From Longimicrobiales bacterium (GTDB lineage: Bacteria > Gemmatimonadota > Gemmatimonadetes > Longimicrobiales > Gaopeijiaceae), in contig JAWLHJ010000003.1 of assembly GCA_041690395.1 (NCBI GenBank), positions 448,001-512,000 of the forward strand: DNA of 64,000 nucleotides. The letters are read 5' to 3'. The position numbers and the translations under genes were made by a program. The notes beneath the pieces are model-generated. The model ran no database searches. It was not told the DNA's origin and worked only from the letters and a program-made list of their open reading frames with translations. Shown one piece after another: positions 52,983 to 63,049 of the stretch (positions within the stretch are counted from its first letter, which is position 1; every line of letters starts with the position of its first letter).

Positions 52983-53163
52983 GTGACTCCGGGCTCGCGC
53001 GGGAGCGCGATCCTCGTGTGCCGGGGCTCTGGGGACGAGCGCCGGGCTCGGGTTCATATACGAGAAAGGCGCCGAGCGTACGCTTCACGCCCAGCAGCCT
53101 TTCGGCGACAGCCGGCCCACCGACACTTCGCAGCGGACCAAGCCCTGAGAAGCTAGGCCGCCC

Positions 53164-53847
53164 TCAGGGGGGCGTCAACCGGCGCACGCGGTCGACCACC
53201 TCGCGAACCTGCTCCTCGAACGCGAGCGCCGTCGTGTCGATGCGAAGGGCCCCGTCCGGCTCTCGGAGCGGAGAGTGAGCGCGCTCCGTGTCCTGGCGAT
53301 CGCGCTCGCGGATCGAGGCGACCTGCTCGGCCAGGGCGTCCCGGTCGGGGCTGGCGACGCCCTCCTCGGCGAGCCGGCGGCGCGCGCGCTCCTCGAGGTC
53401 GGCGACCAGGAAGACCTTCACTTCCGCGTCGGGGAAGACGACCGTACCCATGTCCCGACCGTCGGTGACGAGCCCCCCCTCCGCGCCCACCGACCGCTGC
53501 AACCCGATCAGCGAGCGGCGGGCCTCGGGGAGTCCCGCCAGCCGTGACACGTGCTCCGTGACCTCGGGGGTGCGCAGCTCGTCGGTCACGGGCCGACCCG
53601 CGACCTCCACGAGGAGCGCCCCTTCGTCCTGGACCGCACGCACGTCGAGGTCCCGGAAGTCGTCCGCGGTCAGCTGCGGCCACCGCTCGGGCGGGATGTC
53701 CGCGTCGAGGAGCGCGAAGGTGAGGGCACGGTAGAGCGCGCCCGAGTCGAGATGCAGGAAGCCGAGCTCCCGGGCGACGGCCTTCGCCGTGCTGGACTTG
53801 CCGGAGCCGGCCGGTCCATCGAGCGTCACTACCGGCCTACGGCTCAT
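53164..53847 (-). CDS. cmk: Cytidylate kinase
   Basis: DGPAGSGKSS, LDSGALYR, GRDMGTVVFPDA. Confidence 0.95.
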   Translation of the reverse strand: MSRRPVVTLDGPAGSGKSSTAKAVARELGFLHLDSGALYRALTFALLDADIPPERWPQLTADDFRDLDVRAVQDEGALLVEVAGRPVTDELRTPEVTEHVSRLAGLPEARRSLIGLQRSVGAEGGLVTDGRDMGTVVFPDAEVKVFLVADLEERARRRLAEEGVASPDRDALAEQVASIRERDRQDTERAHSPLREPDGALRIDTTALAFEEQVREVVDRVRRLTPP

Positions 53848-55187
53848 CCGGCCTCGCCCGCGGACGCGATCCTCCGGATCAGCTCCCAGAAGCCGGGAAA
53901 GCTCACGCCCGCGGCCCCGGGATCGTCGATCTCCACCCGGTTGCCCGGAAGGGCGGCGAGGACGCCGAACGCCATCGCGATCCGGTGGTCCGCACGGGTG
54001 AGCACCGTGCCGAGGAGCGGCCGACCCGTCCCCTCGACCTCGAGACCGTCCTCGTACTCCTCCACCCGAACGCCGAGGGCACGCAGGTTGCCGACCATGG
54101 CGGCGATCCGGTCGGACTCCTTGGTCCGGAGCTCTTCAGCAGCCCGGATGCGGGTCACGCCCTGGGCCCTCGCGCCGAGCACGGCCACGAGCGGAAGCTC
54201 GTCGATCAGCCGCGGGACCTCCTCCGGCAGCACATCGGTCCCCTGTAGCTCGGAGGCACGCACGGTGACGGACCCGACGGGCTCGCCCGCCCCAGCGGCC
54301 TCGTCCCCGCTCCTTCCGCCCGCGCCGTCGGAGCCGGCCGGACCGTCGTGCTCGACGGTCACGGACGCGCCCATCCGTTCCAGCACGCCGAGGAACGCGG
54401 TCCGGGTCGGATTGAGGCCGACGCGCTCGACCGTCAGCGAGCCCCGCCCCGCCACCCCGCCCAACGCGGCGAGCGCGATCGGGAAGGCTGCCGACGAGAA
54501 GTCCCCCGGCACGTCGAAGTCGAGAGCGTCGATCCGGCTGGGCGGGTCCCGCAACTCCACCCGCCACCCGCCGGCCACCGCGTGAGAGATCACACGCGCT
54601 CCCAAGGCCGTGAGCATGCGTTCCGTGTGATCGCGCGACTTCCTGGGCTCGGTGACGAGCGCGTAAGCCCCGCCGACCAGGCCGGCCAGCAGGATCGCGC
54701 TCTTCACCTGGGCGCTCGCGACCGGGCTCTCCCAATCGATCGGGGAGAGCGGGCGCCGGCCCCGCACGGTCACGGGGAGCCTACCGTCGTGTTCGAGGAA
54801 GTCGAAGCCGGCTCCCATCGCGGTGAGGGGTTCAGTCACGCGTCGCATGGGTCGTGACCGGAGCGACTCGTCCCCCGTGAGGGTCGCGCTCCGACCGCTG
54901 CCGGCGAGCACCCCCATGAGGAGGCGCGTCCCGGTGCCGCTGTTCCCCAGGTCGAGCGCACCAGCCGGCTCCTTCAACCCGTCGAGCCCGACGCCCCGAA
55001 CCACGATCTCTCCTCCGTCGGCAGGGATCTCGGGGACGTCGACGCCGAGCGCGACCAGCGCCGAGCGGGTCGAGGCCGCATCGCCGCCGTACAGGAGTCC
55101 CCGCAGGCGGCTCTCGCCGGACGCCAAGCCGGCCAGGATCAGCGCTCGCTGGGTGAGCGACTTGTCGCCGGGAACGGTGATCCTCAT
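53844..55187 (-). CDS. aroA: EPSP synthase
   Basis: PGDKS, GNSGT, SAQVKSA, RDHTE, ELRTKESDR, DHRIAM. Confidence 0.95.
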   Translation of the reverse strand: MRITVPGDKSLTQRALILAGLASGESRLRGLLYGGDAASTRSALVALGVDVPEIPADGGEIVVRGVGLDGLKEPAGALDLGNSGTGTRLLMGVLAGSGRSATLTGDESLRSRPMRRVTEPLTAMGAGFDFLEHDGRLPVTVRGRRPLSPIDWESPVASAQVKSAILLAGLVGGAYALVTEPRKSRDHTERMLTALGARVISHAVAGGWRVELRDPPSRIDALDFDVPGDFSSAAFPIALAALGGVAGRGSLTVERVGLNPTRTAFLGVLERMGASVTVEHDGPAGSDGAGGRSGDEAAGAGEPVGSVTVRASELQGTDVLPEEVPRLIDELPLVAVLGARAQGVTRIRAAEELRTKESDRIAAMVGNLRALGVRVEEYEDGLEVEGTGRPLLGTVLTRADHRIAMAFGVLAALPGNRVEIDDPGAAGVSFPGFWELIRRIASAGEAG

Positions 55188-56035
55188 GCCTCTTCCTTCC
55201 AGGTGCGGGTCTCGCGCATGAGCGCCTCGAGCCGGGCGAGGTCGCCGGACTCCAGCGCACCCGCCGCGGCCTCCAGGGTTCCGGCCACCCCACGCAAGGC
55301 GTTGGGAAGGCCCTCCGGCGCATGCCGGAAGAGATCGAGCCACATTCCCGGAGGGCTGGCCGCGAGACGCGTCATGTCCCTCCCACCGGGCCCCATCGCG
55401 TCGGTCTCGACGCCGCGCCGCGCCAACTCGGCCGCCAGCGCGTTGGCCACCAGCTGTGGGAGGTGGCTCACGAGCACCATCGAGCGGTCGTGCTCGTCGG
55501 CGTCGATGTCCCGCGGCTCGGCCCCGGCCGCCCGCCAGAGCGCGCGGACCCTCTCGACGTGTGACTCCCCCGCCCCGTCCGTCGTGATCCAGACACGCGC
55601 GCCGTCGAAGAGCGTCTCCCGCGCGTGCCGGAACCCCGACCCCTCCGAGCCGGCCATGGGGTGAGCGCCGACCCACCGGTCGGTGAGCCCCGAAGTCCGC
55701 GCGGCGTGCATCAGCGGCGCCTTGAGGCTCGCCACGTCGGTCAGCGTCGTGGCCGGACCCGTGAGTCCGGCCATCTCGGGCAGGACCCGCAGGCAGGCCT
55801 CGAGCGGCATCGCGAGCACCACGACGTCCGCTTCCTCCACGGCATCCTCCCACGCGGTCGGCGCCGCGTGGACCACACCTTCTTCGAGCGCCTGCTCGCG
55901 CTCCCCGATGGAGGGCGACCAACCGATCACGGTCGTTCCGGGGGCGTTCTCGGCCAGGACCCGCGCGAGCGACCCCCCGATCACACCGAGTCCGAGCACG
56001 GCCACCCTGTGGGCCGGCGCCTGGCCGCCCGTCAC
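55184..56035 (-). CDS. tyrA: Prephenate/arogenate dehydrogenase
   Basis: GLGVIGGS, TDVASLK, HPMAGSE, HD...SHLP, DMTRLA. Confidence 0.9.
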   Translation of the reverse strand: MTGGQAPAHRVAVLGLGVIGGSLARVLAENAPGTTVIGWSPSIGEREQALEEGVVHAAPTAWEDAVEEADVVVLAMPLEACLRVLPEMAGLTGPATTLTDVASLKAPLMHAARTSGLTDRWVGAHPMAGSEGSGFRHARETLFDGARVWITTDGAGESHVERVRALWRAAGAEPRDIDADEHDRSMVLVSHLPQLVANALAAELARRGVETDAMGPGGRDMTRLAASPPGMWLDLFRHAPEGLPNALRGVAGTLEAAAGALESGDLARLEALMRETRTWKEEA

Positions 56036-56379
56036 GACCCCTGCCCGAAGACGTACACGAGCGGTACCTGCGACAGGATCGGGTCGTCGTGGGCGGCGGC
56101 CATGAAGCGCGCCTCGCGGGCCCGGTGCGTCTCCAGGTCGCGGAACGGAACGCCGAGCACGAGCAACCCACGGGCGTCGCCGAAGGGGCGAAGTCCCTTC
56201 AGCGTCGTCTCGGTCACGGCGCCGAAGACGGCTTCGGCCAGCTCCCGCGCGCGCCACTGCGCCGCCCGCACGGCCCAGCGCGCGCGAAGCTCGTTCCGGT
56301 CGAGGTCCCGCTCGAGAAGCTGCGGATGGTCGGCCTCGTTCGGCGCTCCGCGTCCCTGCGGAGGGAGGAGGGCGCTCAT
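56032..56379 (-). CDS. Hypothetical protein
   Basis: Fills the operon with 4-nt overlaps on both sides. Confidence 0.65.
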   Translation of the reverse strand: MSALLPPQGRGAPNEADHPQLLERDLDRNELRARWAVRAAQWRARELAEAVFGAVTETTLKGLRPFGDARGLLVLGVPFRDLETHRAREARFMAAAHDDPILSQVPLVYVFGQGS

Positions 56380-57329
56380 GCGTGCTCCGGCTCGGCGGCG
56401 ACCGGGCGTTCCAGCTCACCGGTGCGGAAGGGTACCTCGACAACCAGGCCGTCGTGGGCCACACGGGCCCGCGGAAAGACCTCCTTCGCCTCGCGCTCCA
56501 GGTCCCGGGGATCGTCCGAGTAACGGGCGGACAGGTGGGTCATGAAGAGCCGGCCGACGCCCGCGTCCTTCGCGACGGTGGCGGCTTCCTTCGCGGTGCT
56601 GTGGTATGTCTGGCGGGCACGGTCGCGCTCCTCGTCGCCGAACGTGGCCTCGTGCACGAGGACGTCCGCGGCCGTGGCGCTCCGGCGGGTCGCGTCGCAC
56701 GGCCGGGTGTCCCCCGTGTACACGACCGTGCGGCCGGGGCGCGGCTCACCGACGAGGTCCGCGGCCCGGATCACCCGGCCATCGACCTCGACGTCCTCGC
56801 CCCGGTGGAGCTTACCGAACAGCGGGCCCTCCGGAATCCCCAACTCCCGGGCCCGCTCGACGTCGAAGCGGCCGAGTCGGTCGTCCTCGACCAGCGCCCA
56901 CCCCACGGCCCTCGTCCCGTGGTCCACCGGGAAGGCGTGCACGGCGTACCCATCCCCCCGGTACGCCTCGCCCTCCCCGCACTCGACGAAGTCCAATGCG
57001 AAGGGGAGACGCTCACCGCCGAGCGCCACGGTCCGCCGGAGAAGCGACTCCGACCCGGGCGGCCCCACCAGAAGAAGCGGCTCGGTGCGGTCCTGGAGCT
57101 GCATGGTCCGAACCAGGCCCGTGATCCCCAGATAATGATCCGCGTGCATGTGCGTCACGAAGATGGCCCGGACACCGAACCCCGAGCCGTAACGCATCAT
57201 CTGCCGCTGCGTACCCTCGCCGCAGTCGAACAGGAACAGGTCGCCTTCACGCTGCACGGCGAGCCCGCTCACGTTCCGACGCACCGTGGGGCGCGCCGCG
57301 GCGGTTCCGAGGAAGGTCAGACGGATCAT
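56376..57329 (-). CDS. rnz: Ribonuclease Z
   Basis: FLGT, DCGEGTQ, THMHADH, GDT, HEATF, HST, HLSARY. Confidence 0.94.
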   Translation of the reverse strand: MIRLTFLGTAAARPTVRRNVSGLAVQREGDLFLFDCGEGTQRQMMRYGSGFGVRAIFVTHMHADHYLGITGLVRTMQLQDRTEPLLLVGPPGSESLLRRTVALGGERLPFALDFVECGEGEAYRGDGYAVHAFPVDHGTRAVGWALVEDDRLGRFDVERARELGIPEGPLFGKLHRGEDVEVDGRVIRAADLVGEPRPGRTVVYTGDTRPCDATRRSATAADVLVHEATFGDEERDRARQTYHSTAKEAATVAKDAGVGRLFMTHLSARYSDDPRDLEREAKEVFPRARVAHDGLVVEVPFRTGELERPVAAEPEHA

Positions 57330-57419
57330 CGACTGCGCGGCCTGCTGGGATGGGGACGGCGGGCCCGGGGCGGCCCGTTACGTCAAGGTAGCCAACGGCC
57401 GGGGAGCCTCCAACCGGGC

Positions 57420-59849
57420 TCAGCCGGGGGTTCCGACCCGCTCGGCCAACGGCCGGTACATGAGCCCGTAGAACATCTCCAGGTAGCGCCGCGGCTCGTC
57501 CCGGTCGAGCGAGGAGATGTATCTCCAGAAGCCGTAGATGCGCGACAGCTCCAGCAGGCGGGATGCGTACAACGGCCAGTTGTAGCGCTCCGCCACGCGC
57601 GCGACGCCCGCCCGCGCGATCTCCATCCAGGCGTCTTGGTCGCCCCCGAACCGACCCATGACCTCGGCCATCCGCTCGGTGCTCTCGGGCCAGGCCGTGG
57701 GGTCGATGTGGAAGCCGCTCACCCCGTCCTCCACGATCTCCTCCGGCCCACCGAAGCGGGTGGCGAACACCGGCAGCCCCGAGCTCATCGCCTCGATCAC
57801 GGTCAGCCCGAACGCCTCGAACAGTGCCGGCTGCACGAACGCGCCCCGGCTGTCGGCCACCACCCGGTAGAACTCTCCCACCCGGCTCTTGTCCGTCTGC
57901 ATCTCGATCCAGCGGACGTCGTCGTCCAGTCCGAGCTCGTCCATGAGGTGATGGACCCTCTCGATCTGGCGGCGCTCGTCCACGTCCGAGGAGCGGTCCG
58001 CATCGATCCACCCTCCGACGAGGAGCAGGTTGGCGCGCTCCCGGAGCTCCTCCGAGCGTCCGTACGCCTCGAGGAGCCCCGCCACGTTCTTGATCTCGTC
58101 GAGGCGCGACATCGCGAACAGGATCGGGCGAGCGGGGTGCGTGAAGCGCCCGCGCGACCGGTCGTCGGGGTCGCCGAAGACCATAGCGCGGACCTCCTCG
58201 GTGAGCTCCGGAATGCGGCGCTCCTCCTCCCAGAACGGCCCGAAGACGTCGGGGTTCGCACCCGGCGACACGATGTTGAACTTCGGGTCGAAGCAGTCGA
58301 TGCCCGAGACCACCCGGTAGAGCCCGGGAAGGGTGAACGACCCGTAGCTCTCGTACTGCCCGACGCTCGTGTCCGTCCCGGCGATCTCCTGGTACGTGCT
58401 CGTGATGATGAAATCGGCGGTATTCATCGAGATCAGATCGGCCGTGAGCTGGCATGCGAAGTGGTGATCCTCCTCGTGCTCCTCCCAGAGGAGATCGGCG
58501 TCCCTGTACTTCGTCTTCTCGAGGGCGTGCGCGATGTTGCACTGGGTCACGCCCAGGCGGCGCGTCATGATGCTCGCCACCAGGTTTCCGTCCGAGTAAT
58601 TGCCGATGATCATGTCCGGCCGCTGGCCGAGCTCGGCCAGCAGCTCGCGCTCGGCGTCGACCGCGTAACGCTCCAGGTAGGGCCACACCTCGAAGCGGGA
58701 GATCCAGGGGCGCACCACCCCTCCGTCGGGGTCGCGGAACGGCACGCGCAGGATGCACGCATTCTCGGTCCCGAAGATCGGCTCGAGACGCTGGTCGCAC
58801 GTGGTGCCGTCGGCCTCCGGAATCAGCCTCGTCAGGACGACGATGCGCGGCTCGACGTCGATCCCCTGCTCGTGGAGCGTCTCCCTCATGGCTCGCTCGA
58901 GCGCGCGCACCTGGTCGAGGATGTAGACGACCTGCCCGCCGGTGTCCGGCTTCCCGAGAACGTCCGACTGACCGAAGTATCCGTGCGGCGACAGGATCGC
59001 GATGGAGGTGATCATCGGGATGCGTGCCAGGAAGTCGGCCAGGTGCACGGGGTCGGGCGCCTCGAGGAGGTCCAGAAGCAGCTCCATGGTCTCGCGCGTC
59101 CGCTCGGCCGTGCGCCCCCACCCGGGCTCGAAGCCGAGCCGCCGGAGGTCGGCCATCCACCTCGGCCGGTCGACTTCTCCCTCTTCATCGGCCAGCAGGT
59201 CGACCGCCCGCCGCAGCGCCGCGCGGAGCGCATCGGCCGAGTCGATTCCTTCCGAGAGCATGAGTGGCTGATCGCCCAGATGGTGCACACGGAGGAAGTC
59301 GACCAGCCGGGCCGTGCCGTTCCGTCCGTCGCGCTCTCCGGTCGGGGCGAGCCGGGTCCGGCGCTCCTCGAACAGGCCCACGGACAGGTAGCGGTTCAGG
59401 TGCTCCACACCGCGACCGATGGAACGAGCCTGGGTGAGGCGGGGGAAGCCACGCTCGAACGGCTCGAGGTCCACCTCGACGACGAAGCGGTCCTCGGCGC
59501 CCTCGCCCGTCACCAGCCGCTCCTTGACGTCCAGGAACTCCGCGACCGTGACCTCGGCGCAGCCGAGATCCTCCGCGCTCACCCGGACGTAACACCAGCT
59601 CGCGACCCGCTCCCGGAGCGCCAAGTACAACACGCCGTCCGTGACGACCACTTCCTGGATGCGCTCGATGAGCTCGTCGAGCGGGGGGGCGTCGAGGTCC
59701 CGCCACGCTTCGGTGGCCCGAAACGCGTCGTACTCGTGCCGGACGTCGACACCGGTCAGGAAGGGACGGGATTTGGCGCGAAGCCTCCGCAGCAGGACGT
59801 ACAGCGGTTCCCGGTGTCGGGCCCGGAGGTCGGCCAGCACATCGGTCAT
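57420..59849 (-). CDS. Sucrose synthase (GT4)
   Basis: SIGRGVEHLNRYLS, SPHGYFGQ..VLG.PDTGGQVVYILDQVRALE, HALEKTKY, QPALFEAFGLTVIEAM. Confidence 0.95.
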   Translation of the reverse strand: MTDVLADLRARHREPLYVLLRRLRAKSRPFLTGVDVRHEYDAFRATEAWRDLDAPPLDELIERIQEVVVTDGVLYLALRERVASWCYVRVSAEDLGCAEVTVAEFLDVKERLVTGEGAEDRFVVEVDLEPFERGFPRLTQARSIGRGVEHLNRYLSVGLFEERRTRLAPTGERDGRNGTARLVDFLRVHHLGDQPLMLSEGIDSADALRAALRRAVDLLADEEGEVDRPRWMADLRRLGFEPGWGRTAERTRETMELLLDLLEAPDPVHLADFLARIPMITSIAILSPHGYFGQSDVLGKPDTGGQVVYILDQVRALERAMRETLHEQGIDVEPRIVVLTRLIPEADGTTCDQRLEPIFGTENACILRVPFRDPDGGVVRPWISRFEVWPYLERYAVDAERELLAELGQRPDMIIGNYSDGNLVASIMTRRLGVTQCNIAHALEKTKYRDADLLWEEHEEDHHFACQLTADLISMNTADFIITSTYQEIAGTDTSVGQYESYGSFTLPGLYRVVSGIDCFDPKFNIVSPGANPDVFGPFWEEERRIPELTEEVRAMVFGDPDDRSRGRFTHPARPILFAMSRLDEIKNVAGLLEAYGRSEELRERANLLLVGGWIDADRSSDVDERRQIERVHHLMDELGLDDDVRWIEMQTDKSRVGEFYRVVADSRGAFVQPALFEAFGLTVIEAMSSGLPVFATRFGGPEEIVEDGVSGFHIDPTAWPESTERMAEVMGRFGGDQDAWMEIARAGVARVAERYNWPLYASRLLELSRIYGFWRYISSLDRDEPRRYLEMFYGLMYRPLAERVGTPG

Positions 59850-62800
59850 GCGTCGGGCTCCGGGTCGGCGCGGATATCACCGAAGAAGTCGTAGTGTTCG
59901 ATTCCTTCCAGGACGCCCCACGCGTGGCTCCCGTCCGCGAAATACACGCGGTGACTGTCGCGCAGATCCTCCAGCTCGTCGGTGTGGTTCCCGACCACGA
60001 CGCCGAGCGTCTCACCCGAGAGCATGTCCGCGTCGTTGCCCGAGTCACCTGCCACGAGCAGCCGCTCGGGCGGCAGATCCCACTTGAAGCCGAGGAAGCG
60101 AATGGCCATCCCGGGGGAGGCCCTGACTGGAATCACGTCGAGGAAGGAGCCGTGATCGAGGATGGTCGTCGCGCGCAGCCCTTCCTTGCGCAGCCTACGC
60201 CGCACGTCCGACGCGCCAGGACCGCCCGGGTCGCTCACGTACCGAAGACGGTACGGCGTTTGAGCTTCATCCGTGCCGAGGCGTAGGCCGTCGACCTGGG
60301 AGAGGAAGTCGCGAATGCGGTCGCGCTCCCAGCGGTGGTGGATCTGGCGCTCCCACGAGCGGTCCCGGATGAGCCGCTCACCGTAGTGGAGCTGCGTGCC
60401 CGTCCCGGTGATCAGGACGTCGGGCACCGGGATACCCAGATCCTCGATCATCTCGAGCGCGAGGTCGAGGGTTCGGCCGGTGGCGATCCCGAAGCCCACG
60501 TTCGGTCCCGCCGCGACGAGGCGCTCGATCAGGGCGCGGAGCCCCTCGTCGTCCCCCGTGAGCGTGTCGTCGATGTCGGTCACCACGATGCGGTCGAGCA
60601 CGGGCATGCGGCCGGCGCCGGCGTGCCGTCCGCTCGGCCGCCCTCCGCTCACGACCTGCTCCAGCTCCTCCAGGTAGCGCTCCGCGTGGCTCGACCAGGA
60701 GAAGTGCTGGTGCACTCGCTCCACGCCCCGCGCCGACCAACGCCTCCAGCGGTCCCGGTCCGCGAGCGCGGCTTCGAGGCCGCGGGCGATCTCCCGGGGC
60801 TCGGTCGCGTCCACCAGCAGGCCGTTCTCGCAGGCCGCGAGAATGTCCCGGGGCCCGCCGTCGTCCGTGGCGACGATCGGCACGCCGCTCGCGGCCGCCT
60901 CGAGCAGGGTCAACCCGAACGGCTCGGTGAACGCCGGGTTGACGAAGACGCCGCCGCTGGCGGCCGCCATCCGGTAGAGATCCGGCACGTCGGCCGAGCC
61001 GTGCGCCTTCGGGTAGGCGACCGAGCCGTGCAGGTCGTACCGGTCGATCAGGAGGAGCATCCTCGTGAGCACCGAGCGTGAGTTCGAAGGCATCTTGCGG
61101 ATGTCTTCCCGGTTCCCGGCGACCAGGACGAGGTTGGCCCACTTCCGGAGCTTTCCACTCCGACCGAACGCCTCGATGAGGCCCTCGAAGTTCTTCCGCT
61201 CGTCCGGGCGGGCGAGGGCGAGGATCATGGGCTTTCCGGGATCCCTGAGGAAGCGCGCCAGGTCGTCGGCGAGAGGGGGCGGCGTCCAGTCGTCGGCGGC
61301 TGTCGAGAAGCGGTCCAGGTCCACCCCCGGCGGGATCACGCGCATACCGTCGGGATGATAGTTGTCGTAGAGCTGATACTGCTCCTCCACCTCCTGATGC
61401 GTGCTCGCGATCACGACCGACGCCGTCTCGAGCGCTCGCTCCTCCGCCTCGATCCGGAGCGGGAAGTTGTAGCGCTCGTCCAGCTTGGCGGCGTCCTTCC
61501 CCGCGGAGAGGAGGCGGGCCTTCTTCACCCGGCCGAGCGAGTGTCCGGTGAAGAAGAACGGCACGCCGAGCAGCTGCGCCAGGCGCCCGCCGACGTAGCC
61601 CGCGTCCGCGTAGTGGCCGTGGACCAGGTCCGGAATCCGGCCGGTGCGACGTACGTGCCGGATCAGCCCGTCGAGCAGGCTGTCCAGATGCGGCCAGAGT
61701 GACTCCTTCCGCAGATATCGCCTCGGGCCGAACGGAAGCCGCACGATACGCGCACCCAGCGAGAGGGGCTCCTCCGGCACGGCATACTGGTCGTCCACGC
61801 GCTTGTCGAAGATCTGACGGGTCACTACCTCGACCCGCTCTACGGACGGATGCTCCGCGAGAGCCCGCGCCTCGTCGAGGACGTACGTGACCTGTCCGCC
61901 GGTGTCGGGATCGCGCCCGAGCTCGATATCGGTACCCCGCACCAGCCCGTGGATCGTGAGCGACAGCACGTGCAAACCGCCCCGTCTTCCTCTGGACGTC
62001 GCGCGCGCTTCGTCGCCCTCGCCACGGCCGGGCCCGCTCTCCCCTTCGGACCACGCCCGGAGGTGCCGCTCGTAGAGGGCGGCATCGCTCGTCGTCGCAC
62101 CGCGGACACCGCAGATGTCCGACGCGAAGCGCGTGGCCCGGTCGATGGTCATGCGGGGGCTCCACCCGCCCAGGATGCCCATACCCAACACGGAGCTGAA
62201 CGCGTCGCCGGCGCCGACGGTGTCGACGAGCTGCGGCACGACCGGCTCCTCTCCGACGACCGTCTCCGCTCCACGCGTGACGCAGACCGCGCCCTCGGGC
62301 CCGCGCGTGATCACCACTCGGTGGATGTCATGAGCTTCGGCGAGCTCTCTCGCGGCCTCCTCGCATGCCGCCAATGTGCTCGTGTCCCGACCGGAAACCT
62401 CGGCGAGCTCGGCTTCGGCCAGCTTCAGCCAGCGGGCTCCGCTCATGGCGGCCCGCACGTTCTCCGGCGTGGCCCAGGGCTCGCGCAGGTTCAGGTCGAC
62501 CAGCGCGGGCGCTCCGGACCGGAGGAGCTCTTCGAGCGCCCGCCGGCTCTCTTCGGAGCGCATGGCGAGCGTGCCGTGATAGATGAAGCGGACCGCACCC
62601 GGAAGGGTCTCTGCCGCCGCGCCGGCGTCGATGAAGTCCCACGCCTGATCGGGGTCGATCTCGTACCGGTTCTCACCGTCGCCCATCTCGACGCGAACCC
62701 GCCCCGTCGGGCGATCCTGGAGGGTCTGCACTCCGTTCCTGGAGAGTCCCCACTCCTCCATGCGCTGGAGGATGTCGTGACCGGCCTTGTCGAAGCCGAC

Positions 62801-62995
62801 CGCGCTGACGAACGCGGGGTCCGCACCGAATCCGCGCAGGTGCCACGCGACGTTGAACGGAGCGCCGCCGAGCACCCGCGTCCCGTCCGGAAACTCGTCG
62901 AACAGGACCTCGCCGAAGACGACGGGACGCCCCCTCGCGCGCGGGATCCCGTGGCCGCCGATCGCCGGCGCTCTCTCGAATGGCTTTCCCTTCAT
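59846..62995 (-). CDS. Fusion protein: PfkB fructokinase + sucrose-phosphate synthase + HAD-IIB sucrose-phosphate phosphatase
   Basis: One open frame: FGEVLFD/GGAPFNVA/DTVGAGDAF, then IHGLVRG..ELGRDPDTGGQ/RPDERKN/EPFGLTLLEA, then DIDDT/ATGR/GDSGND. Start at 62995 or 63004. Confidence 0.9.
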   Translation of the reverse strand: MKGKPFERAPAIGGHGIPRARGRPVVFGEVLFDEFPDGTRVLGGAPFNVAWHLRGFGADPAFVSAVGFDKAGHDILQRMEEWGLSRNGVQTLQDRPTGRVRVEMGDGENRYEIDPDQAWDFIDAGAAAETLPGAVRFIYHGTLAMRSEESRRALEELLRSGAPALVDLNLREPWATPENVRAAMSGARWLKLAEAELAEVSGRDTSTLAACEEAARELAEAHDIHRVVITRGPEGAVCVTRGAETVVGEEPVVPQLVDTVGAGDAFSSVLGMGILGGWSPRMTIDRATRFASDICGVRGATTSDAALYERHLRAWSEGESGPGRGEGDEARATSRGRRGGLHVLSLTIHGLVRGTDIELGRDPDTGGQVTYVLDEARALAEHPSVERVEVVTRQIFDKRVDDQYAVPEEPLSLGARIVRLPFGPRRYLRKESLWPHLDSLLDGLIRHVRRTGRIPDLVHGHYADAGYVGGRLAQLLGVPFFFTGHSLGRVKKARLLSAGKDAAKLDERYNFPLRIEAEERALETASVVIASTHQEVEEQYQLYDNYHPDGMRVIPPGVDLDRFSTAADDWTPPPLADDLARFLRDPGKPMILALARPDERKNFEGLIEAFGRSGKLRKWANLVLVAGNREDIRKMPSNSRSVLTRMLLLIDRYDLHGSVAYPKAHGSADVPDLYRMAAASGGVFVNPAFTEPFGLTLLEAAASGVPIVATDDGGPRDILAACENGLLVDATEPREIARGLEAALADRDRWRRWSARGVERVHQHFSWSSHAERYLEELEQVVSGGRPSGRHAGAGRMPVLDRIVVTDIDDTLTGDDEGLRALIERLVAAGPNVGFGIATGRTLDLALEMIEDLGIPVPDVLITGTGTQLHYGERLIRDRSWERQIHHRWERDRIRDFLSQVDGLRLGTDEAQTPYRLRYVSDPGGPGASDVRRRLRKEGLRATTILDHGSFLDVIPVRASPGMAIRFLGFKWDLPPERLLVAGDSGNDADMLSGETLGVVVGNHTDELEDLRDSHRVYFADGSHAWGVLEGIEHYDFFGDIRADPEPDA

Positions 62996-63049
62996 GGCTA
63001 TCATGGTAGGCCGTTTCGCCGGAAAGTTCACCCCACGAGCGTACCGCGG

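Noticed and set aside
34866..56171. Apparent long N-terminal fusions in the ORF track (ribD 692 aa, aroA 775 aa; similarly EIIA 744 aa and HAD 668 aa elsewhere)
   Set aside because: The extensions overlap other real genes and are Arg/Gly-rich off-frame sequence, unlike the kinase-SPS fusion where every domain is in frame with recognisable motifs.
56382..59894. Very long plus-strand ORFs (1170 aa here; also 45939-49130, 38151-40835, 50808-53156, 28650-30419)
   Set aside because: They are antisense shadows of clear minus-strand genes, as expected at high GC3, and show no recognisable motifs.
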